Assembly: GCA_040006135.1 (NCBI GenBank) | Contig: JBDTXP010000001.1 | Location: 1 to 42,532, forward strand | DNA from: Ginsengibacter sp. | GTDB lineage: Bacteria > Bacteroidota > Bacteroidia > Chitinophagales > Chitinophagaceae | DNA: 42,532 nucleotides | Direction of reading: 5' to 3' | Shown here: positions 19,358-27,030 of the stretch, one piece after another | Numbering within the stretch: the first letter of the stretch is position 1 | How the letters are laid out: each line of letters begins with the position of its first letter | Program-made: the position numbers and the translations under genes | The notes under the pieces: generated by a model | The model's database searches: none | What the model saw: only the letters and a program-made list of their open reading frames with translations | What the model was told of the DNA's origin: nothing

Positions 19358-21547
19358 ATGCGCCTTATTTTTAAACAGAGTCTACTATCTTCTATTTTCA
19401 TTCTATTCTCTTTTGCAATACTTGCTCAATTCAGGGCTAAGGAGATCAATTGGACAGCTGATGGCGAGTCCATGCTCACTTTAGAAAAAGGAGATATTGT
19501 AAAAACCACTTTAAAAACCGGGAATAAAGAAATCGTAGTTCATGCAGCAGACCTGACACCGCAGGATAAATCAGATCCTTTACGATTCAATATTTATAGT
19601 TTCTCTCCTGACTATAGTCAACTATTGATCTTTACTAACACAGCTAAAGTGTGGCGATACAATACACGCGGCGACTATTGGGTACTTAATCTTACTACGC
19701 ATCAGTTAACGCAGGTGGGAAAAACAATGCCTGCCCAATCGTTAATGTACGCCAAGCTTTCACCGGATAATAATAAAGTAGCCTACGTAAGCGATCATAA
19801 TATTTATGTTGAAGATCTTGCGTCAGGAAAGGTGACTGCACTAACTACTGATGGCACACGAAAATTTATCAATGGCACATTTGATTGGGTATATGAAGAA
19901 GAGTTTGGCTGCCGCGATGGTTTTCGCTGGAGCCCTGATAGTAAAAAAATTGCCTACTGGCAGGTAGATGCTACCAAAATACGTGACTACTATATGCTGA
20001 ACACTACAGACTCACAATATTCCAGGATCATTCCGGTAGAATATCCAAAAGTAGGATGGCCGCCATCACCAGTGAGAGTTGGAGTAGTAGATGTAATTAA
20101 TAAAGAAACCAAATGGATGAATGTGCCCGGAGATCCGCAGGAGCATTATATTCCGAGGATGGAGTGGGCCAATAATTCTAACGAGTTAGTGCTGCAACAA
20201 CTTAACCGCAAACAAAATGAAAGCAAACTTTTTTTCTGTGATGCCAATACCGGTGCTGCACACAATTTTTACACAGAAGATGATAGTGCATTCATTGATA
20301 TAAAATCAAGGTGGAATGATGATGACCCAATGGGATGGGACTGGCTGAATAATGGAAAGAATTTTGTATGGGTAACTGAAAAAGATGGCTGGCGCCACAT
20401 TTATTTAATAGATCGCACAGGTAAAGAAACTTTAGTCACTAAAGGAAATTATGATATTGAAAATATTAAATGTATTGATGACAAAAACGGCTATGTATAC
20501 TTTATGGCTTCGCCGGAAAATGCTACACAACTTTATTTGTTCCGGACAAAACTTAATGGTAAAGGGAAGTTGGAACCTCTTTCCCCCGCTGCATTACAGG
20601 GCACACATGATTATAATATTTCACCTTTTGCAAAATATGCCGAACATTCATTCTCTAATTATAAGACTTTCCCTGCGCGCGAATGGATTACCCTGCCTAA
20701 TGGCAAACCCATGAATGGTTCTGAAAGTATTGTAAGTAAGATGAAAGTAAATGAGAATAGTAACATCACCTATTTCAAAGTAACCACAGAAGATAATATC
20801 ACATTGGATGCATGGATGGCGAAACCCATTAATTTTGACAGTACTAAAAAATACCCGGTGGTTTTTATGGTGTATAGCGAACCTGCAGCCTCTACAGTTC
20901 TTGATAGGTATGGCGCTCAGCGCGATATGTTATTTAATGGCGATTTAAGCATGGAAGGATATTTTTATATTTCTGTAGATAATAGAGGTACTCCTTCATT
21001 GCGTGGTGCTAAATGGCGCAAATCTATTTACAGGAAAATAGGAATCTTAAATATTCATGACCAGGCAATGGCTGCAAAAAAGATTTTAGAAAAACCCTGG
21101 TTTGATAAAGATCGTGTGGCTGTCTGGGGCTGGAGTGGTGGTGGTTCTGCTACGCTTAACCTAATGTTTCAGCACCCGGAAATCTATAAAACCGGAATTG
21201 CAATCGCCGCAGTAGGCAACCAATTATTTTACGATAATATTTACCAGGAAAGATATATGGGACTACCGCAGCAAAATTTAGAAGACTTTGTAAATGGTTC
21301 ACCTATTCATTATGCCAAAAATCTTCAGGGACATTTGTTATACATTCATGGTACTGGTGACGATAATGTGCATTATGATAACGCTGAAGTTTTATTGAAT
21401 GAGTTGATTAAATACAATAAACAATTTCAGTTTATGCCTTACCCTAACCGCACGCATAGTATTTCAGAAGGTGAAGGGACCAGGAAACATTTAAGTACTT
21501 TATATAGTAATTTTTTGAGAGCTAATTGTCCGCCTGGCGCAAGGTGA
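19358..21547 (+). CDS. S9B dipeptidyl peptidase IV-like protein
   Basis: Signal peptide, DWVYEEE, YPKVG, GWSGGG, HGTGDDNVH, catalytic His in RTHSI. Confidence 0.93.
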   Translation: MRLIFKQSLLSSIFILFSFAILAQFRAKEINWTADGESMLTLEKGDIVKTTLKTGNKEIVVHAADLTPQDKSDPLRFNIYSFSPDYSQLLIFTNTAKVWRYNTRGDYWVLNLTTHQLTQVGKTMPAQSLMYAKLSPDNNKVAYVSDHNIYVEDLASGKVTALTTDGTRKFINGTFDWVYEEEFGCRDGFRWSPDSKKIAYWQVDATKIRDYYMLNTTDSQYSRIIPVEYPKVGWPPSPVRVGVVDVINKETKWMNVPGDPQEHYIPRMEWANNSNELVLQQLNRKQNESKLFFCDANTGAAHNFYTEDDSAFIDIKSRWNDDDPMGWDWLNNGKNFVWVTEKDGWRHIYLIDRTGKETLVTKGNYDIENIKCIDDKNGYVYFMASPENATQLYLFRTKLNGKGKLEPLSPAALQGTHDYNISPFAKYAEHSFSNYKTFPAREWITLPNGKPMNGSESIVSKMKVNENSNITYFKVTTEDNITLDAWMAKPINFDSTKKYPVVFMVYSEPAASTVLDRYGAQRDMLFNGDLSMEGYFYISVDNRGTPSLRGAKWRKSIYRKIGILNIHDQAMAAKKILEKPWFDKDRVAVWGWSGGGSATLNLMFQHPEIYKTGIAIAAVGNQLFYDNIYQERYMGLPQQNLEDFVNGSPIHYAKNLQGHLLYIHGTGDDNVHYDNAEVLLNELIKYNKQFQFMPYPNRTHSISEGEGTRKHLSTLYSNFLRANCPPGAR

Positions 21548-21837
21548 TAGTCTTAATAAACAAAAAGTAAATAGTAAAAAATAAAAATTCGGGCAAGTAA
21601 TTTCCGAATCGTATCGTCAATATGGTCGATATGCCGGTCTATTTCTGTTTAACATATAATAATTGTACGCTGACTGGAAATAAGAAAATGGAATTTTATA
21701 TAAAATTTGAAGTGAAGCAGGTATTGAATATGGATTCGTTCTTTTATTATAGAGACCGCACTACCTAATTGTGCATTTGATATAAAGCACATGCTTGTAA
21801 GTAAAGCGAATAATTTTATAGGTCTTTCTAATTTTTT

Positions 21838-23193
21838 TTATTCTTTTATCACTTTCAATGAAACTGAGACGTCGGAAATTAGCTTTAAAATATAGATGCC
21901 TTTTTTGATGTCCTGAATATCAAAAATTGATCGATAATTTACATTTTTCCATGTTCTTAATACAGCTCCATCTATACTTAACAACTTAGCTTCTGAATAT
22001 ACGTCAGTAGAATTTATATGAAATTGACTATACACAGGATTTGGCAAAATTGACAAGGTAACTAAGTCATTATAATCAACCCTTATTACGTTACTAAACT
22101 TGGCTCTTCCAACCTCGTCCATAAACTCTAATTTGTAAAAGTTACTTCCACTTTTGGGCTTGGTATCTAAAAAATTATAAGTATTTGAACCTGTAGAAAG
22201 TAAGGAACCAATTTTATTAAACTCTTGTCCGTTTATGCTATGATAAACTTGAGTTTGCAACAAATTTTTTTCAATTAAATTCCATCGAAGCAATACACCA
22301 TCATTTAGTTTTTTTCCTGTAAAGCTCACAATGTTAACAGGTAATACCAGGGTCCAACAAAAGTTTATCGCAGAAGTAGCAGATAAGCCCGTAGGTCCCA
22401 GCATGCTTGCATCTTCCAGAGTTCTTAAAATACTGAAATGATTAATTGTTTGAGAATAACTACCAACAGCCACATTAGCACCATAAAACACAGTTGCAAT
22501 TTTATTAGAGTCCGAATAATCATCTTCATCATAGGTTACAATAAGCAAAGAATTATTATTGATACACCACTGTTTATAAGCATCAAGATTTGTCTGCACC
22601 CATGAATCAAACTGCTTAACACTATTGTTGAGCGGTGGGCAAACATTGTGACCATCACTACACAAATCAGGAACCACGAAGGAAACAGTTGGAAGATTAT
22701 TATAATCAGAAGGGAAAGCGGTAAACGGTTGATTTGTACTTGGTGGTATCTGGTTAGTACCACTACCAACCCAATTAGCTGCCGGGTTATGTTTTCTTGC
22801 ATAATTACCAAGTATATCAATATCACTTCCTACAGATGGCAAGCCTTCTGAATATGTTGCATAAGTTTTCGAAGTTGAAATTAATTTATATCCTAAATTA
22901 GGCGTAGTGAATTTTGAGACAGGTTTATTATTATCTGTTACCCCTTGATCATCCCCTGAATAAAGGACAAGATAATTTGGTTGACTTGGATGTGTGATGG
23001 CATAAGAATTTGTGAACTTAGCGCCATTTGCAGCAAGTGAATTTATATAAGGTGCATCCGGATTTCCAAACACTGAACTCATAGAAGTGTTCTCACCAAT
23101 AACAACGACAATATGTGAGAAAGCAGGTACTATTTGTGCCTCCGTTAACTGAATACTAAAAAAAACAAAAATAATTATGTGTAAAATCTTCAT
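21838..23193 (-). CDS. Secreted phosphoesterase / acid phosphatase (SapM/AcpA-like) with T9SS type-A CTD
   Basis: SHIVVVIGEN, THPSQPNY, YARKHNP, LPTVSFVVPDL, IVTYDEDD; LPV linker, Ig-like domain, PNP...KKGIYILK...KVIKE tail. Confidence 0.85.
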   Translation of the reverse strand: MKILHIIIFVFFSIQLTEAQIVPAFSHIVVVIGENTSMSSVFGNPDAPYINSLAANGAKFTNSYAITHPSQPNYLVLYSGDDQGVTDNNKPVSKFTTPNLGYKLISTSKTYATYSEGLPSVGSDIDILGNYARKHNPAANWVGSGTNQIPPSTNQPFTAFPSDYNNLPTVSFVVPDLCSDGHNVCPPLNNSVKQFDSWVQTNLDAYKQWCINNNSLLIVTYDEDDYSDSNKIATVFYGANVAVGSYSQTINHFSILRTLEDASMLGPTGLSATSAINFCWTLVLPVNIVSFTGKKLNDGVLLRWNLIEKNLLQTQVYHSINGQEFNKIGSLLSTGSNTYNFLDTKPKSGSNFYKLEFMDEVGRAKFSNVIRVDYNDLVTLSILPNPVYSQFHINSTDVYSEAKLLSIDGAVLRTWKNVNYRSIFDIQDIKKGIYILKLISDVSVSLKVIKE

Positions 23194-23618
23194 TATTAAT
23201 TTTTTTAAATAGTCTGAAACTACTCACCTTCTAATAGGCCATTTCTTTGGAGTAATTCTCTTTTTTTAAATCGATACCAGGCCAGAAATTATTCATGATC
23301 TTAAAATTTTAATAATCAAATGATAAATTTGATTACGATATTTTGTAGTTGATTTTATAGGTGCTAAAAATGCATATATATAACTATGAATCAAACCTTT
23401 TTATTATCTACATATTTTAGTTTCAATGGGAATTATCTTCTTCCAATTACTGTTGTTACTATATTGTTAGCCATAAATACCTTATCACATAATATTTCAT
23501 TACCTAATTAGTTAATTCTACTCTCCTAAACGAGGAATACAAACGAGCAAAAACCCTGTCAATTATCTACTTCTTTAAGCAGATTCTTTGCCGTAACACG
23601 CTTTTTGAAACAATATTT

Positions 23619-24299
23619 CTAATATAAACTTTTCAATGTTGACTTTAACTCACTCACAGAAGATGAAGTATTTGAAGAAGTAGAAAAAATAGTAGCCGAA
23701 GTTTCTGGTTCACCATAAAAATTCTCATTAGCTTTTTCATCTACAGAAATTGAGGAACCACTAAGACTGATACCGGCAAATAAACCTTTACTTCTAGAGT
23801 ATGAATAAACCTCTGCTTCCATTTTATAATCAGTGCTTGCTGATGAGCTGCGGCCAACCGGACCCGCTGTGACTGAAATATCACCGCCGAGTGTAAAGCT
23901 ACCTTTTCCCATTTGCTGCAATGTTGAAGCACTCTTAAAAATCAAAACCAGGTCTTCTGATTGCACACCAGCCTGTAATCCGATGCTGCCGCCGGTAATT
24001 GTAACAAATACTGGATCACTCCAAGTGCCATCTGAAAGTTTAACCATAGCCACTCCTTTGCCGCGCTTGCCTGCAAGCACGAAACCGGCTTTAATTAGCT
24101 TTGGTACAATGATAATTCCGTTAGTAACTTTCAATAATTCTGATGGGATATTTTCTTTCATTTCACCAAAATCCTTAAGCACAATTGTAGCCGCAGTAAT
24201 TTTTTCTTCCTGTTTATCATCTTGCTTATCCTGGCTGTGAGCAAGGAAACTAATAGACATACAAATAAAAAAAATCCAGGAGCCTTTAAGAAGTTTCAT
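23619..24299 (-). CDS. Lipid-binding SYLF (Ysc84) domain protein
   Basis: Signal peptide; KAGFV, WSDPVF, GLQAG, AGPVGR, YSYSRSKGLFAG, N..FYG. Confidence 0.92.
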   Translation of the reverse strand: MKLLKGSWIFFICMSISFLAHSQDKQDDKQEEKITAATIVLKDFGEMKENIPSELLKVTNGIIIVPKLIKAGFVLAGKRGKGVAMVKLSDGTWSDPVFVTITGGSIGLQAGVQSEDLVLIFKSASTLQQMGKGSFTLGGDISVTAGPVGRSSSASTDYKMEAEVYSYSRSKGLFAGISLSGSSISVDEKANENFYGEPETSATIFSTSSNTSSSVSELKSTLKSLY

Positions 24300-24320
24300 A
24301 ATTAAATTTTTCTGTGATAT

Positions 24321-24336
24321 ACCAACATTAATGCCA
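24321..24336 (-). promoter_or_regulatory. Sigma54-like -24/-12 promoter for the SYLF gene
   Basis: TGGCATTAATGTTGGT (GG-N10-GG), ending 21 nt before the ATG. Confidence 0.45.
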
Positions 24337-24384
24337 CATGGGAAATGATTGATAACTTGACTTTTTTTTAAACAAAACTTTCTC

Positions 24385-24414
24385 AAAAAAAAAGCCGTCT
24401 TTAATAAGACGGCT
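24385..24414 (-). terminator. Intrinsic terminator of rpsP
   Basis: AGCCGTCTT-N4-AAGACGGCT stem followed by a U-run on the minus strand. Confidence 0.85.
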
Positions 24415-24439
24415 ATCGAAAATACATTCAGTTTAAAAA

Positions 24440-24964
24440 TTATTCAACCGGCGCTTCACTTGCCTCTGTGGCTTCTGCAGTATCAGTTGCATCACCACTT
24501 TCAGTTTCAGGTGCTGTTTCAGGAGTCGCTTCAAGAGCTGCAGCCTTTACAGGTTCTGCTTTCTTTACAAAAGCAGGCCTTGCGGCAACTTTAGTTTTTT
24601 TATGCGTCTCTTGTCTTTTAGCAAATTCAGAGTCGTGATCAGTGCTCCACTTGGTAAACTTTTCCATAGCGGCAGCTTCATCAAAAAGTCCTAGTGTTAC
24701 GCCACGCAACAGATGCTTGAGGTAAAGAACACCTTTAAAACTTAAAATACGACGAACAGTATCTGTTGGTTGAGCGCCTTTATGCAGCCATTCGAGTGCT
24801 TTTTGACGATCTACCTGGATACTTGCAGGAACTGTTAGGGGATTATAAGATCCTAACTTTTGGATGAATTTACCATCACGGGGGCTACGGGAATCAGCAA
24901 CTACTATAAAGTAAAATGGCCGTTTCTTGGAGCCATGGCGTTGCAATCTCATTTTTACAGCCAT
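24440..24964 (-). CDS. rpsP: 30S ribosomal protein S16 with C-terminal extension
   Basis: [26 protein letters not shown]; A/E/T/P-rich tail. Confidence 0.97.
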   Translation of the reverse strand: MAVKMRLQRHGSKKRPFYFIVVADSRSPRDGKFIQKLGSYNPLTVPASIQVDRQKALEWLHKGAQPTDTVRRILSFKGVLYLKHLLRGVTLGLFDEAAAMEKFTKWSTDHDSEFAKRQETHKKTKVAARPAFVKKAEPVKAAALEATPETAPETESGDATDTAEATEASEAPVE

Positions 24965-25084
24965 AAAAAATAGAAATTTTTTTGGGTTGTTATTAATTGG
25001 GTTTCTAAAAAAGGAATGCGAAGATAGCGTATGACAACTATAAAAGCAAATTCAGTAGATATTTTTTTGATTTAAAAATAATTT

Positions 25085-26407
25085 TTATTTCCTGCCAAGC
25101 CCCGCCAATTTTCCCATCGGCATCTTATTCATCATCTTCATCATGTTTTTCATTTGATCAAATTGCTTAATGAATTGATTTAATTCTGTAAGATCCTTTC
25201 CACTTCCTTTCGCAATACGCAGCTTTCGGCTCGGAGAAATAATATCAGGATTTCTTCTTTCTTCAAGCGTCATTGAATTAATCATTGCTTCTATTCCTTT
25301 AAAAGAATCATCATTGATATCTATGTCCTTTATTTGCTTTCCTACTCCCGGAATCATTCCCATCAAATCTTTAAGATTACCCATTTTTTTTATTTGTTGC
25401 AATTGTGTTTTAAAATCTTCAAAATCAAATTGATTTTTTCGAATTTTCTTTTCCAACCTTGCGGCCTGTTCTTCATCAAATTGCTCCTGTGCCTTTTCCA
25501 CAAGACTTACTATATCTCCCATACCAAGAATGCGTTGCGCCATTCTATCTGGATAAAATATTTCCAGCGTATCTAACTTCTCACCACTGCTTACAAATTT
25601 GATAGGCTTATTTACCGTGTATTTTATTGAAATCGCTGCTCCACCTCGCGTGTCACCATCTAATTTCGTAAGCACAACACCCGTATAATCCAGCTTTTCA
25701 TTAAAAGCCGCAGCTGTATTTACCGCATCCTGACCGGTCATACTATCTACTACAAAAAGTATTTCCTGCGGATTAACAGCACCTTTTATATTTGCTACTT
25801 CGGTCATCATCAACTCATCAATCGCCAGGCGACCGGCCGTATCAATGATCACAACATTTTTATTCTTAGCTTTTGCTTCTTTAATTGCATTTTGTGCAAT
25901 GGCGACTACATCTTTATTTTCGGGCTCTGTATATACTTCAACATTTATCTGCTCACCTAATATTTTTAACTGGTCAATTGCTGCGGGCCTATATACATCA
26001 CCTGCAACAAGAAGTGGAGACTTACCTTTTTTATTTTTAAGGTAATTGGCGAGTTTGCCACTGAATGTAGTTTTACCACTACCCTGCAAACCTGCAATTA
26101 ATATGACTGTAGGATTTCCGGAGAGATCAAATTTACTTTCTTCCCCGCCCATTATTTCGGCCAGTTCGTCTTTTACGATCTTTACCATTAACTGGCCGGG
26201 ACTTATGGCATTTATAACCTTTTCCCCTGTAGCCTTATCCTTTATAGCATCAGTAATTTCTTTAGCTATTTTATAGTTCACATCTGCATCCACGAGTGCG
26301 CGGCGAATATCCTTAACGGTAGCGGCAATATTAAGTTCAGTAATTCTCCCCTGGCCTTTCAAATTTTTAAAGGCGGTGTCCAACTTTTCACTTAACGATT
26401 CAAACAT
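25085..26407 (-). CDS. ffh: Signal recognition particle protein
   Basis: GLQGSGKTT, DTAGR, TKLDGDTRGG, Met-rich M domain. Confidence 0.98.
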   Translation of the reverse strand: MFESLSEKLDTAFKNLKGQGRITELNIAATVKDIRRALVDADVNYKIAKEITDAIKDKATGEKVINAISPGQLMVKIVKDELAEIMGGEESKFDLSGNPTVILIAGLQGSGKTTFSGKLANYLKNKKGKSPLLVAGDVYRPAAIDQLKILGEQINVEVYTEPENKDVVAIAQNAIKEAKAKNKNVVIIDTAGRLAIDELMMTEVANIKGAVNPQEILFVVDSMTGQDAVNTAAAFNEKLDYTGVVLTKLDGDTRGGAAISIKYTVNKPIKFVSSGEKLDTLEIFYPDRMAQRILGMGDIVSLVEKAQEQFDEEQAARLEKKIRKNQFDFEDFKTQLQQIKKMGNLKDLMGMIPGVGKQIKDIDINDDSFKGIEAMINSMTLEERRNPDIISPSRKLRIAKGSGKDLTELNQFIKQFDQMKNMMKMMNKMPMGKLAGLGRK

Positions 26408-26437
26408 AAGTCAATATAAATTTCGTTTCAAAGAACG

Positions 26438-26445
26438 CAAATTTA
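26438..26445 (-). promoter_or_regulatory. -7 promoter element for ffh
   Basis: TAAATTTG on the minus strand, 30 nt before the ATG. Confidence 0.55.
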
Positions 26446-26482
26446 AGAAAATTAAAAAGCAGAGCGTGTAGTTTTTCCGGTT

Positions 26483-26740
26483 TTAATTTTGCGAATTCAT
26501 TTCCATTTTTTCAAGAAATTTTTTTCCGCTTTCGGTCACGTAAATGCAAAGAAGTTTTTTATCGTTTACCATCTCCATTTTCGTTTCTACAAGCCCACGT
26601 TTGTAAAGGCCTGGCAATGAAGATTTCATTTCTTCTGCAAAACACTTTTCTTTTTCAAAGCATTGTCTCAGTTTTTTTACCATTCTTTCTGTTGGGGGTC
26701 GTAGGAATTTTTTCATTGGCTTCCTTTTCTTCAGTTTCAC
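26483..26740 (-). CDS. Small basic hypothetical protein, winged-helix-like (start GTG 26740 or ATG 26716)
   Basis: LPGLYKRGLVET...IYVTESGKKFL resembles the helix-wing end of MarR/PadR-type wHTH folds. Confidence 0.6.
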   Translation of the reverse strand: MKLKKRKPMKKFLRPPTERMVKKLRQCFEKEKCFAEEMKSSLPGLYKRGLVETKMEMVNDKKLLCIYVTESGKKFLEKMEMNSQN

Positions 26741-26762
26741 ACCTGTTTAATACGCATGAGAT

Positions 26763-26778
26763 ATCAAAAGCGAAGCCA
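26763..26778 (-). promoter_or_regulatory. Sigma54-like promoter for the small wHTH-like gene
   Basis: TGGCTTCGCTTTTGAT (GG-N10-GA) on the minus strand. Confidence 0.35.
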
Positions 26779-26856
26779 TAAAATGAAAAAGGAATATTTA
26801 GCTTGACAACAATTAAAAAAGAGAAAAAAGTGCGAATATTTTCTACAAAACTGAAT

Positions 26857-26884
26857 AAAAAAAATCCTGCTTTTCAAAGCAGGA
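26857..26884 (-). terminator. Intrinsic terminator after tRNA-Gln
   Basis: TCCTGCTTT...AAAGCAGGA hairpin followed by T8 on the minus strand. Confidence 0.85.
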
Positions 26885-26896
26885 CTAGTTTACTTG

Positions 26897-26967
26897 TTGT
26901 CCCACGAGGATTCGAACCTCGACAGACAGAATCAAAATCTGTTGTACTACCTTTATACTATGGGACA
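26897..26967 (-). tRNA. tRNA-Gln (anticodon TTG), CCA not encoded
   Basis: TGTCCCA/TGGGACA acceptor, ACAGA-TTTTGAT-TCTGT anticodon arm, GGTTCGAATCC T-arm; TACTTTTG promoter at 26976-26983. Confidence 0.97.
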
Positions 26968-27030
26968 AAGGATTGCAAAAGTAAGGGTAAGCCTTAAATT
27001 TTCAAAACCAGATTTAAAATAAAATTTACT

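Noticed and set aside
21587-21633. Two short hairpins after the DPP gene
   Set aside because: Only 6-7 bp stems with large loops and no U-tract; not enough to call a terminator or ncRNA.
24440-24620. Low-complexity A/E/T/P tail of S16 (ETAPETAPET)
   Set aside because: Extended S16 C-termini are common in Bacteroidota; not a DNA repeat element.
26408-26967. Possible integrated element at tRNA-Gln
   Set aside because: No integrase, no duplicated tRNA 3' end seen, and the native terminator follows directly.
26803-26997. 64-aa ORF on the + strand
   Set aside because: Antisense reading of tRNA-Gln and its terminator.
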